Part shown: piece after piece, positions 1 through 11,987 of the stretch | Numbering within the stretch: the stretch's first letter is position 1 | How the letters are laid out: every line of letters starts with the position of its first letter | From: Felis catus | Lineage: Eukaryota | Assembly (NCBI RefSeq): GCF_018350175.1 | Contig: NC_058383.1 | Span: 9,922,001-9,986,000, forward strand | Direction of reading: 5' to 3' | DNA: 64,000 nucleotides | Program-made: the position numbers and the translations under genes | Notes under the pieces: model-generated | Seen by the model: only the letters and a program-made list of their open reading frames with translations | Database searches by the model: none | What the model was told of the DNA's origin: nothing

Positions 1-234
1 TTCCAAGAGCAAAGAAACGCTGCTCACTCAGCCAGGAAATCCCAGGAACAGTGACAGGGGACCCCTCTGCCTTCATATCTGGATGCTCTTTCTTTTTCCC
101 CACCCCTATCACCTGTATTTTGTCATTCCTTACCTTTACTCTCCCTTCCTCCCGAACACTCTGCCAGGTGCCCTATAAGAATTCACTTTCCAGGATCCTT
201 CCTGCCTCTTTTGATCTGTTGGCAGTGGAAAGAA

Positions 235-400
235 AACTGGCCAGTTTGTGTCCTACCTCTGCCACCGACAAGCTGTATGACCTTGGGTTAAGACTCTTGG
301 CTTCTCTGAGCCTGTTTCCTCATTTGTAAAATATAGTGAGAACCCCACCTTTCATAAATCTTAGATCAGCGTTATTCATCTTAAATAATGACGTGCTAAA
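235..400 (+). mobile_element. MIR fragment
   Basis: MIR core-like gctgtatgaccttggg...tctctgagcctgtttcctcatttgtaaaat. Confidence 0.7.
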
Positions 401-612
401 TCTAAGTTCATGAGGGCAGGAATCCACTGTTTCCACAAATACATTTTGAGCTTTTACTACATGCTAGTCATGGCTCTAGGCGTGAAAATACCCAAGGAAA
501 CAAAGTGCTTTCCCTCATGTGGGGTCTGGGAGAGCACTCAAAAAATGGATGAAAGCTGCGAAGAAAAACCGAGCGAGGGAAGGGGCTAGCACTCGACAAG
601 GACTCTCCATCA

Positions 613-1230
<618 letters not shown>

Positions 1231-1384
1231 CTAGAACACAGGGCAGCTTTCTCAAGTCTGTTCCCTCCGCACTGTGCCCCCAATCCCCCCGCCAAGTGCC
1301 ACTGGAAGTTAAGAGTGCCTTAGGGTCTCCAGGCCTGGATTCCAATCCCAATGCCTATGACCTTGGGCCTATTTCCCATCTTTA

Positions 1385-1463
1385 TTTTCTTTTTAATTTA
1401 TTTTTGAGATCATGACCTGAGCCAAAGTTGGACACTTAACCAACTGAGCCATCCAGGTGCCCC
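1385..1463 (-). mobile_element. Internally deleted carnivore SINE
   Basis: Tail joined directly to head at gaga; imperfect TSD tttcccatcttta/tttcctatcttta. Confidence 0.7.
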
Positions 1464-2743
1464 TTTCCTATCTTTAAAATAAAGGGCTTAATTGGGGGGG
1501 AATCACTTGTAGATACAGGATTCTACATTTTTCACCCCAATTTGTAGGTAAACACAAAAGGGGCCGTCTGCTGGGTCATCTGGAGTGACACCAACAATGT
1601 GCCCTCCAGCCGCAGTAGGCGTACTGACTCAGAACTGGACAGCAAAAACAAGCAAAGGTCCTTCCCACTTTCTAGATCAGTTCTCAAAACTGGCGAGCAA
1701 CTGTTGGAAGCACGATAACAACCGATTCCTGCGTCAGCCCCTCACACATACTCAGTGAGCCCCAGAAATCTGCATTTACAATAGCACCCTCCTTCCCCAA
1801 GGTCATTCTAAAGCAGAGAGTGCTGTCTTAACAACACTGTTCTGGAGAGTCGGAGACCGAGGAGGGTAGCCTCCTAAATTCGCACCCACTCCCTGTGCAA
1901 AATGATCGGCACTGAAAAAGGACAAGCACCAGGTGCAAGTTGGCCACGGACCCAGGGAGGGCCCCCACAACGAACTACCTGCTTTCTCACAATCCACTGA
2001 GACGTTCGCTGGATCTGCTCTACCTTCTCTTCTCCCCAGGTTGGGACAGAGGCACTAAGAGATGTGGGGATTGTAGCTGACCGCCTGCTCCACCCTTTGT
2101 CTCTGCCCCTTTCCTCCTCCCCTTTCCCAGCAACACTCCTATGTCCTCAAGGTCACCCAGAATCAGGTGGAAACTGGGCCACATCACGAGACGGAGGAGG
2201 CAGCCTCCTTCAGCTGGCAACGTTGATAATTCCAACATTCAGACGCTCACCTTGGCCACGCTTCGGGGAAGCGGGGGAGACAGAGGAGTGGTCCCCCAGC
2301 CACACCTTACAGACCCCAAACAGGAGTGGATTCATGTTTTGACACAACTCTTTCTGAATCTATTTTTTTGAAGACATTTTTATTTATTCAACTTCTTGAG
2401 ACAGGACCTCTATAAAGTACGCATATCTTAACTATACACTTAATGTACACATTTCACACATTTACTCACCCTCGAGATCAACACACAGAATGTTTCCAGC
2501 ACCCGGAAGACACTATGTGCTCTCCAGTCAGAAGCCCCTGGCAAGGATAGCTATTCCCCTAACTCTTGTCATCGTAGATTTATATAGCTTTATTTTGACA
2601 TTCAAATAAACAGAATTATCTAGGTTGTGCTCTTTCGTGTCTCACTTCCAATACAGTTGAATACCATTAATACCATTACTCAATACCATTGAATTGAGAA
2701 CCTTTTTATACAAAGCCTTTCAAAGGTTTAGGAGTTCAATGGC

Positions 2744-2963
2744 TTTTTTTTTTTTTTTAAAGCTAATTTACTTATTTTGAGAGAGTGTGCACATGCAAAT
2801 AGGGGAGGGGCAGAAAGAGAGAGGAAGAGAGAGAATCCCAAGCAGGCTCCACGCTGTCAGCACAAAGCCCAATGTGGGGCTCGATCCCACCAACCGTGAG
2901 ATCATGACCTGAACCTGAAGTCAAGAGTCAGATACTTCACCGACTGAGCCACCCAGGTGTCCC
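2744..2963 (-). mobile_element. Carnivore SINE (CanSINE)
   Basis: poly-T, (GA)n tract, tRNA-derived head. Confidence 0.85.
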
Positions 2964-3107
2964 TAACGACATTTCTTTATGCAGTTAATAAATATTACAG
3001 TCAGAAAATGCTACGCATATCATGGAGGTGGGATAAAAAAAATTACTGACTTGAAAAGGAAGAGATGGAAGCAGGTCTCCAGGAGTGTTAAGAAACAAGG
3101 AGCTCAA

Positions 3108-3530
3108 GGGGCGCCTGGGTGGCTCAGCTGGTTGAGCGTCTGACTACTGATTTCAGTTCAGGACATGATCTCATGGTTCATGAGTTCAAGTCCCGAGTCA
3201 GGCTCTGTCTGTGCTCAGTGCAGAGCCTGCTCGGGATTCTCTCTCTCTCAAAATAAACAAACACTGGGGCGCCTGGGTGGCGCAGTCGGTTAAGCGTCCG
3301 ACTTCAGCCAGGTCGCGATCTCGCGGTCCGTGAGTTCGAGCCCCGCGTCGGGCTCTGGGCTGATGGCTCGGAGCCTGGAGCCTGTTTCCGATTCTGTGTC
3401 TCCCTCTCTCTCTGCCCCTCCCCCGTTCATGCTCTGTCTCTCTCTGTCCCAAAAATAAATAAACGTTGAAAAAAAAAAAAAGATTTTAAAAATAAAAAAA
3501 TAAAAATAAACAAACACTAAAAAAAAGAAA
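3108..3530 (+). mobile_element. Nested SINEs: young feline SINEC_Fc-type (3266-3502) inserted in the tail of an older CanSINE
   Basis: Inner TSD aaaataaacaaacact (3250-3265 and 3503-3518); outer TSD-like caaggagctc. Confidence 0.9.
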
Positions 3531-3654
3531 GGAAAGAACCAAGGAGCTCTAGACCAGCAAGACACAACTCGCAGAGACCTAAGCATCCCTGTCTGCCAGT
3601 AGGGGCCCTCTCTACCCCACGACAAGCAAGACCAAAGTCTGGCACAGGCATGTT

Positions 3655-4520
3655 GAAGGCTAATTTGATTTGTTAATTCAACAAACATTTATGGAGCACC
3701 TGATATGTGTCAAGCAGCAAGCTGAGCATTAGGGAAACATCAGGGAACATGACAGATGAGGTTTTTGTCCTTTCAAAATTTGTAATATAACCGTAGTAGG
3801 AGTGAGGTAGGATCATCAACAAGAAAACATCATCGTATTTAATGTGACGCAGGAAGGAAACAATGTGCTGAGAAAGAATGGCAGGAGGGAATAGGTTGTT
3901 TGAGGGACAGAAAGGCCACAAACAAGGACGGGAGAGAGGCCTCTGCAAGCGGAGTGTGGCCCCCTGGCCAATTCCCAGCAAGGATGTGGGCACCTCAGGT
4001 GTAGAGCCGCAAGGATCTAGGTTTACCAACATGGATGAGCTTTAGATTCTTTAGAAAGGGGCAGCGCAGTGTCTTTGAGGATGGATGGTTGAGACCCGAA
4101 GGATACAAACATGCCAACTGCCTGAAAAACTACAAGAGGGCAGACCAGGCCTGGGCAGCAAATGCAAAGGCTCTGAGGCTAGAAAGAGCCCAGCATTTAG
4201 GAGATACACTAGAGAAAATCTGAGTAGCTGGAGCGTAGTGAGAGGGAACACCAGGAGAACAGGTCAGAGGGGCTGGCAGAGAGGGCCCTGGAGCAGGGCA
4301 AAGGTTCAGACTGAATTTCAAGGGCAGTGGGAGCTACAGGAGGATTTTGAGGCAAAGGAATATCATCTGACATATTTTTAAAAGACCACTCCGGCCACTT
4401 GTAGATAATGGATCAGAGTAACTTTAGCGCCTGAGTGGATGGATCGTGAAGGCTGATAAGGAAAAGATCAAGGTAAAATGTACCTGGGAAATCTAGAGTC
4501 AGATGCCCAAGGACACCTGA
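3655..4520 (-). mobile_element. L2 LINE 3' fragment, interrupted by a 143-bp insert
   Basis: attcaacaaacatttatggagcacct L2 terminus; aaatgcaaaggctctgagg body motif. Confidence 0.65.
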
Positions 4521-4523
4521 GTA

Positions 4524-4706
4524 GCAGTGGTCTGCAGACTTCAGCAAACAACAGAATTATCCGGGGTGCTTGTGAAAATACAGACTTCTGGGCTCTAGCC
4601 TGAGTTTCTGATTCAGGAGCACAGGGATAGGCTCAGGAATTTGCATTTTTAACAAGTTTCCAGACAACACTGCTGCTGGTCTGGGGACTACACTTTGAGA
4701 ACCACC
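4524..4706. mobile_element. MER5A-like hAT-Charlie DNA transposon
   Basis: cagtggt...gagtttctgattcag...aatttgcatttttaacaagtttcc...cacactttgagaaccac-type signature. Confidence 0.75.
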
Positions 4707-4852
4707 GAAAAAGGCAATTGAGCACAGGAGCCTGGAGGTCTAGTGTGCAGGGGAGGCCTTAGGCTGGCCAGGTATATACCACCTGTTTACCTCACATATT
4801 TAAACTTGTGGGAATGGCTGGGATCTCTCTGGGATTAGAACAGAGAAGGGCT

Positions 4853-5275
4853 GGGGCGCCTGGGTGACTCAGTCGGTTAAGGATCGGACTTCGGCCCAGG
4901 TCACAATCACACAGTTCATGGGTTTGAGCCCCGCACTCGACTCTGTACTGACAACTCAGAGCCTGGAGCCTGCTTCGGATCCTGTCTCCTTCTCTCTCTC
5001 CCAAAAGTAAATAAACATTAAAAAATAAGAAGAACAGAGAAGGGCTGGGCCACCTGAGTGGTTCAGTCAGTTAAGCATCTGCCTTTGGCTCAGGTCATGA
5101 TTTCACGGTTCATGAGTTCGAGCCCCACATCAGACTCTTTGCTGATTCAGCTCAGACTCTCTGCCGAGCAGAGCCTGATTCAGATCCTCTGTCCCCCACA
5201 CCCTACCCCTCCCCAGCTTGTGTGCTCTCTCACACATTCTCTCTCAAAATCAAAAGAAAAAAAAAAACTTAAAAA
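4853..5275 (+). mobile_element. Two tandem carnivore SINEs
   Basis: Heads at ~4853 and ~5046; TSD agaacagagaagggct around the first. Confidence 0.85.
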
Positions 5276-5399
5276 CAGGGAAGGGCAAGGGTCCAAGGAT
5301 AGGGCCCTGAGGTTGTTAGTGTATACCGGTCAAGAAGATGACTGAGAAGAGACAGCCAGACAGACAGGAATATGGAAGCAGATCAGAATATGAAAGCAG

Positions 5400-5795
5400 A
5401 TCCATTTGACCCTGAACACTAGAGGACTTTCTCAGGCAAGAATCAGGAAGACTGAGAAGATTCGGCATGCTGTTGCGAACTCCAATGTGTAGAAAGGCCA
5501 CGAACAAGGACGGGAGAGAGGCCTCTGTGAGTGGAGTGTGGCCCCCTGGCCAATTTACAGCAAGGATGTGGGGACCTCAGGTGTAGAGCCGCAAGGATCT
5601 AGGTTTACCAACATGGATGAGCTTTAGATTCTTCCCCGGAGCCTGTATTAAGGCGGAGGCCTTGATTTTAGTTCATTGAGACTGGCTGGTGTCTCTGACC
5701 TACAAAATTTATGACAAATACGTGAAATCATAAATATCTGTGGCTCAGAACACCTAATCTGTAGTAATTGATGGTGACGATAGGAAAGAGATACA
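5400..5795 (+). mobile_element. MLT1-family (MaLR) solo LTR
   Basis: gaaaggccac...ggggacctcag...gattcttcccc...ctgacctaca...aaagagataca, typical MLT1 3' half. Confidence 0.6.
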
Positions 5796-6009
5796 GAACA
5801 GGACAAAAAGCATTTAAAGAGGAACCAACTTCATCAAATGCTGACAAGAGTCCAGAAATCTGAGGACACAGGACTATCTTATGGATTTAACATGAAGTGC
5901 AGTCTTGGTGACATGGAGCAGGGGAAAGTGGTACTGCGGTGGGTTGAAGAAAAAAGGGAGGATAAGGAAGTAGAGACAAAATAATTGAAAAACGCTCTAT
6001 AGCAACTTA

Positions 6010-6450
6010 AAAAAAATTTTTTTTTTATTTTTTTTTAACGTTTATTTATTTTTGAGACAGAGAGAGAGCATGAACGGGGGAGGGTCAGAGAGAGGGAGAC
6101 ACAGAATCTGAAACAGGCTCCAGGCTCTGAGCTGTCAACACAGAGCCCGACGCAGGGCTCGAACTCACTGACCGTAAGATCATGACCTAAGCCGAAGTCG
6201 GCCGCTTAACCGACTGAGCCACCCAGGCGCCCCCCCCCCCATTTTTTAAATGCTTATTTTTGAGAGAGAGAGAGAGAAAAGAGTGCGAGTAGGGGAGGGG
6301 CAGAGAGAGGGAGACACAGACTCCAAAGCAGGCTCCAGGCTCTGAGCTGTCAGCACAGAGGCCCACACGGGGCTCAAACCCACAAATGGTGAGATCATGA
6401 CCTGAGCAGAGCGAAGTCCGACGCTTAACCAACTGGCCACCCAGGCACCC
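6010..6450 (-). mobile_element. Two tandem carnivore SINEs
   Basis: Reverse SINE bodies ending at ~6232 and ~6450. Confidence 0.85.
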
Positions 6451-7234
6451 CAACAACTCTTTTTGAGAAGTCGAGAAGACTAGGCATGGGACCACCTGCA
6501 GCAGGAGTGAGACGTGGGACAAAGGTGGCGCTTGTTTAGGGCTGGTGATTTTAGGAAACATAGAAGCTGAAGAAATGATCCAATAGTCAAGGCATGATGG
6601 GTGCAGGAAAGAGGGGCCACCTCTCAAATCCTGGAGTGGGCAAGAGCTGCAGGCCCCAGGGAAAAAGCAGGAGGGGGTGACGTCAGGGGCCATTCGTGCT
6701 TTGCACCCCCCGCCCCCACCACCGGGGAGCAGGTATGGATTCTGTGGATTTAGTGACCGTGACGTGAAGGACAACGTTGCCTTGTTCTCTGACGAACGAG
6801 GCAGTTTGACTTGAAAGGCCTGTCTGCGTCTACATTTCTCTAGCACGAAAAGGTGGAGGAAAATTGAAAAAGTGGAGGTAACCCACTTAGCAAGGCCGCA
6901 CACTTCCGGCAGCAGGCTGTTTCTGGAACTCTGTCCTCCCCAGCCTGCTCCCACCTCGAGTCCCACCACAAGCCCCACCCCACCCACCAAGTCCCGAGCC
7001 ACTGCCAGTCCCGACCACCCGCATGGCCCATCTCCCGCGCCATCCCACGCGCGCCCCTGGCGCCCCGTCTTGCCACAGGCGTCCCCTTCACGCGCCTCCT
7101 CCTGATCCACTTCTCCCCGCCAAGGGGCTCCATCTCTCCCAGCGCGGCACCGCCCCATCTTCCATCATGCTCGCACACATCCGGCTCCGGGAGTCCCTGT
7201 CACGTGCCCATCAAGTTCCGCGCATGCCCTCCAC

Positions 7235-7380
7235 CTGCCCGGTCACGCCCCACGCGTCACTTTCACGAGCCTGGTCCCGCCCCGCGTGTTCCCGCCACGT
7301 GCCCCATCAGGCGCCACACTGCCCCATCACGTGTCGCACGTCCCATCACGTGATCCGCCACGCACCACCGGAGGCCCCAG
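7235..7380 (-). other. TRIM50: Possible non-coding exon 1 of TRIM50 (position tentative)
   Basis: The coding exon is preceded by a splice acceptor, so an upstream exon must exist. A minus-strand CAG|GTGGAG donor (GT at 7234-7233) lies in the shared CpG island. Boundaries are a guess. Confidence 0.3.
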
Positions 7381-7539
7381 GGCAGTTGGCAGCTGTTGGT
7401 GCGAAACGTTGAGCGCCTCCTCGCGGCCCCGGACGCCACCGGCGGGAGCGGGCGGCGGGGTATAAAGGGGATGGCTGGGCCACCGCCAGGTGGAGAACGA
7501 GGGGTTGAGGGCTCGTGCGCGTTGGCAGGCCACGTGGCG

Positions 7540-7596
7540 ATGGGGGGCAGCGCGCGGAACCCGGGGGCCCTGCAAGGGGACAACGCTTCCGGCCAG
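7540..7596 (+). CDS. FKBP6: FKBP6 coding exon 1 (MGGSARNPGALQGDNASGQ)
   Basis: gcgATGg start; CAG|GTGAGA donor; matches the FKBP6 N-terminus. Confidence 0.9.
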
Positions 7597-7689
7597 GTGA
7601 GAGGCTGGGCTTTGGGAAGCCGCGGGCAGGGGGTGCCGGAGTCGGGGTGCAGGCGGGGCGCTCTGAGGTTTTGTGTTTCTCCCCGCAAG

Positions 7690-7807
7690 TCTCCATACCA
7701 GAGGTTAAGTCGGAGGATGCGGGACATTTCCGGGGACCGGGGCGTGTTGAAGGATGTCATCCGAGAGGGTGCTGGAGAGCTGGTGACACCCGATGCTTCC
7801 GTGCTAG
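7690..7807 (+). CDS. FKBP6: FKBP6 exon 2 (118 nt)
   Basis: SPYQRLSRRMRDISGDRGVLKDVIREGAGELVTPDASVL; AAG acceptor and G|GTACCG donor. Confidence 0.92.
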
Positions 7808-8228
7808 GTACCGTCATCTGCCACCCAGCAGGAGATGTGAAAGTACCGGTCATCAAGTGTTTTCTGCTTTATACCTAGAAAGGTGGGAGGGAAGGCAAGG
7901 TTTAAAACACACACAAAAGAAGGGTAGATCCCTCTCGCTTTATTACAATTCGGGCTTTTAAGGGAAAGCGAGGGAACCCATCTCCCCTTTGTATGAGGCC
8001 AGTGTAAACAAGGGACATTCTGAGCGCGGGGTACCTCACAACCAAGCTCTTGAATCTCACGGCCAAGGGGCAGGCATCTAAATGTTGAGCAAAGATTTTC
8101 CTATCACTGTGGGTGGGAGGCGACTTGAGCACATCGAATTCCCTTTTCTTTTGTAACGGAGAATTGATATGGAGGGGTGCATGTTCTTGATTTTCCTTGT
8201 ATTGTTTTTTTTTTTTTTCCTGTCCTAG

Positions 8229-8318
8229 TGAAATATTCCGGATATCTGGAGCACATGGACAAGCCTTTTGATTCTAATTGCTTTAGGAAAACTCCTCGCT
8301 TGATGAAACTTGGAGAGG
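8229..8318 (+). CDS. FKBP6: FKBP6 exon 3 (90 nt), FKBP domain
   Basis: VKYSGYLEHMDKPFDSNCFRKTPRLMKLGE; polypyrimidine tract plus TAG acceptor; GTAAGT donor. Confidence 0.95.
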
Positions 8319-9056
8319 GTAAGTTGAGATTAGCAACTACAAAAGGAGGAATTGTTTGGGGAAACTTTTCAGAGCATGGAGTCCTTGAATTGGTTTTTCT
8401 GAGATCGGGCTTTGCTACACCAATCATGGTCTTGTCCGCATTTCCCCCTGAGGCCTAGGTACTTGGGAGATGGTTTACCTGGCAAGGTTACCTTTGCATC
8501 CCAAGAACTATTGGGCTTGTTCATTTGTCAACTGGACACTTAATCAAGCAAGGGTTTAGTATCCATAATTCATGCTGGAAAGAGAAGAGATACTCAGATG
8601 ATTAGAATATTTCCACTAACGTGGTGGAAGAGGTGGATTGCATTCACAGAATTGGATGAGGTCCTGGGAGGTATAAGTAGTGTTGCGGGAGTGTTTAATG
8701 AAGCCACAGTTGATTCCAGCTGGGAAGATCAGGGAAGGCTTCATGAAGGAGGGAGTATGTAAAATGAGCCCTGAAGTTTGAGTAAGATTTCAGTCAGGGT
8801 AGAAGCTGGGTGTGGGGTGAGGAAGCAGGAACTTCCTTGCAGGAAGAAGGAACACGAGCAGTGATGTAGAGGCCACGGAAGTCTTGGTTTGGCAACGGTG
8901 GGGGTGGCGGGGAAACAAAACTGAAAAGTGAGTTGGGACCACAGTTCAGAACACTCGGAGTCTGTTGTGGAAAGATCTGGACTTCAGGAAGAAAGAAATT
9001 GATAACCTTGGATTAGGATGCTGGGCGAGCTTCAGATTCTTTTTCCCTTCTTCCAG

Positions 9057-9259
9057 ATATCACACTTTGGGGCATGGAGCTGGGCCTTCTGAGCATGCGG
9101 AGAGGAGAGCTGGCCAGGTTTCTGTTCAAACCAGCCTATGCCTATGGAACGCTGGGCTGCCCTCCCTTGATCCCCCCAAACACTACTGTCCTGTTTGAGA
9201 TTGAGCTGCTTGACTTCCTGGACTCCGCTGAGTCAGACAAGTTTTGTGCCCTTTCAGCT
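9057..9259 (+). CDS. FKBP6: FKBP6 exon 4 (203 nt), FKBP domain
   Basis: DITLWGMELGLLSMRRGELARFLFKPAYAYGTLGCPPLIPPNTTVLFEIELLDFLDSAESDKFCALSA; ttccag acceptor and GTAAGT donor. Confidence 0.96.
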
Positions 9260-10449
9260 GTAAGTTCTGGAGCACAGATGTCCATACTAACAGATAGCAT
9301 GCGCTAGTGTGTTTGGTAATTCCCCTACCTCGATCGTGATAGTCTGCCCCACGTCCCACCACAAGGCTCCTGTGTGGCAGTGGTAGTGGCGGCGGAGGAG
9401 TTCCCCTGCTTCCTGGTACACCTCTGAGTATGGGCAGATGTTCTAGGTCAATGCTGGGCCTTGGGTTTGTTCTGGACCCTCAGTTTGAGGTGATTTTTTT
9501 TAGTCATCATTTGCCTCGTTTTCCCTGCAAAACCATGAACGTTGGCTTCTCAACATTAAGTTGGGTTTCTAACAAGTCAAGCATCGGTAGTGATCACCTA
9601 GGGTGAAATACGGTTTCTTGGCCAACCCCAGATACTTGATAGCAGAAGAGAGTATTAACTAGATGGAATACCAGGACGTCAGGTGTAGATGGGGAAAGTC
9701 CCAGGCAAGTGGGAACACATGACCGCTGCCCTCATAACTCGGATGTTGTCTTTTCTTTGTGGCCTCTCACTTCACCCATCCCGTGGGTGCCATATGCACT
9801 CTCAGTCCTGCTCTCCCACCCTGTATGTGTGTCCTTAGATGTCCACCCAGGTTTGTACCTGGATATGATGTCTCCCCAGCTAAGCTGTCATTGCCTCAAG
9901 GGAGGGCCCTTCCCTTTTTCTGACCTTCCCATAAAACCGGTTCTTGCAAATGCCTGGGGCCCACCTCTGGTGTACTGATTGAGAATCTCAGTGGGGGAAG
10001 GGGTGGATAGGGCCAGGACATCTGTGTTTAAAAAGAGACTTCGTGGGTGATTGACCTGTACCCAGGGCACAGCATTGTGGCCATGAAGGCCAGTAGGGCC
10101 CCGGGCAGACCAAAATCTCTTAAATGTTTGTTGGACAAATGGTGGTTGTGAGACCCGCTTTCTGTTTGGCAACTTCCATCAGTTTCTGATTCCGTGAGAC
10201 TGTGCTTCTTCAGGGAGCATCTCTAGAAGGACTGAGGGAGACCAGTGTGTGGCTCTGGTGTCTACGGTGGGAGTAGTAACAATAGCAACCCCCTTTGTCT
10301 TCTGCCGGGCATCACAGAGACGACCTCTGCAGGGGCACCAGGCCCAGTGCGTCATCTGAAGCAGAAACCCTAACATCTATAAGAACACTTGCACTGTGGT
10401 GTCACGGCTTTCAGTTTCCTTGTTGGGTGTCCTTGTCCTTTTTCCTCAG

Positions 10450-10569
10450 GAGCAACAAGATCAGTTTCCGCTTCAGAAGGTCCTAAAAGTGGCAGCTACC
10501 GAACGGGAGTTTGGCAACTATCTTTTCCGCCAAAGTCGTTTCTATGATGCCAAAGTGAGGTATAAACGG
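10450..10569 (+). CDS. FKBP6: FKBP6 exon 5 (120 nt), start of TPR region
   Basis: EQQDQFPLQKVLKVAATEREFGNYLFRQSRFYDAKVRYKR; cctcag acceptor and GTAAGG donor. Confidence 0.96.
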
Positions 10570-10596
10570 GTAAGGATGCTTCACAAGCATAAATTT

Positions 10597-11145
10597 AGGG
10601 GCGCCTGCCTGGCTTAGTCATAAGGGCACGCAACTCGTGATCATGGGGTCATGAGTTTGAGCCCCCAGTTGGGTGTAGAAATTACCAAAAATAATAAATT
10701 TTTAAGTTTAGACCCTGAAAATGGTCTTTTTTTTTTTTCTTTGAGAGAGAGCATGGGGGCCTGGGGGCAGGGGCAGAGAGAATCTTAAGCAGGCTGCATG
10801 CTCAGTTAGACATAGAGCTCAGTCCCACAACCCTGGGATCATAACCTGAGCCAAAACCAAGAGTCAGACATTCAACTGACAAAGCTACCCAGGCATCCCT
10901 GAAAATGTTTTTACAAAGTTATTGGGGTGTCTCGATGGTTCAGTCAGTTGAGTGTCCAACTCTTGATTTTTATTTTGTATTTATTTTTTTGGGCTCAGGT
11001 CATGATTTTCGCCTCAGTGTAGAGCCTGCTTGGGATAGTCTCTCCCCGCCCTGCCCCTCCTCCTCCCCCCTCCTCCCCAGCACATGCAAGCAAGCCCCTT
11101 GTTGCACATGTATGGCTCTCTTCCCATCTCTAAAAAAAACAACCT
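10597..11145. mobile_element. Cluster of three SINEs (+,-,+) starting within 30 nt of the FKBP6 exon 5 donor
   Basis: ggggcgcctgcctggct at ~10597, reverse copy ~10725-10900, forward copy ~10923-11145. Confidence 0.8.
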
Positions 11146-11762
11146 GAAAACTTTTAAATGTTCCTGTTTGTTCTTATTTTTCATATGCAGTCTTTGAAAA
11201 AAAATCTCATTAAAAAAATCCTCATGCCGGGAATAATGACTGAGAGAGGGGACATGGGATTTGAGGAGCCCAGTAATGTTCTGTGTTTGTGTCTGGATGT
11301 GGTTACGTGGGTGTGTTCAGATTGTGAAAGGTTGTTGAACTGTCCACTTGTTTTACCTGTGTGTGTACGTTTGTGTGTATTTCAGTAAAAAGTCTTTAAA
11401 AGTTCTCATTCCAGGATTAGGTCCTACCAACTGATTTTTTCCATCCCACTTGCCATCTTCATTTCCTGTCTCTCTGACGGTGGAGCTTTCTCTAGCTCTC
11501 TGAGGTGACTCCATTCTCACCAGGCTTCTGATTGTGGTTTGGCTTCTTGCATAGGTTATGCTGACAGGAATTCACTGTTTGCTTTGTAACTCATTCAACA
11601 AATACTATAAGCGTTTTCTGTGTGCCAAACTGTGCCCTAGGTTCTAGAGGCGAGTCTAGGGGTATTCTGATTTTCTCTCATTTGCGAAGGGAGCCTAAAT
11701 CAGTCAGAATTTGTATTCAGCTGTAAGCAACAGAATCCTGAAAAACTTAAATCTTCAGATTT

Positions 11763-11987
11763 GGGGCGCCTGGGTGGCGCAGTCGGTTAAGCGTCCGACT
11801 TCAGCCAGGTCACGATCTCGCAGTCCGTGAGTTCGAGCCCCGCATCAGGCTCTGGGCTGATGGCTCAGAGCCTGGAGCCTGTTTCCGATTCTGTGTCTCC
11901 CTCTCTCTCTGCCCCTCCCCCGTTCATGCTCTGTTTCTCTCTGTCCCAAAAATAAATAAAAACGTTGAAAAAAAAATTAAAAAAAAA
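11763..11987 (+). mobile_element. Young feline SINEC_Fc-type SINE
   Basis: Near-identical to the copies at 3266 and 24033; perfect TSD aaatcttcagattt. Confidence 0.92.

Larger units (their letters stand above)
6940..7810. promoter_or_regulatory. Bidirectional CpG-island promoter of TRIM50/FKBP6
   Basis: CpG-dense and GC-rich; C-rich to G-rich skew switch near 7380; TATAAA 7461-7466; five CACGTG E-boxes; E2F-type and MYB-type motifs; contains the FKBP6 ATG. Confidence 0.85.

Noticed and set aside
3198..3452. Recurring ORFs of the MGQRETEHERGRGRERGRHRIGNR type (also 23782, 51265, 59484)
   Set aside because: Translations of SINE sequence, not a gene family.
6187..7158. 323-aa minus-strand ORF
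   Set aside because: Runs from GC-rich promoter DNA into two SINEs; no domain; lies in TRIM50 intron 1.
11763..11835. tRNA-like sequences at SINE heads
   Set aside because: tRNA-derived SINE 5' regions followed by CT tract and poly-A, not tRNA genes.
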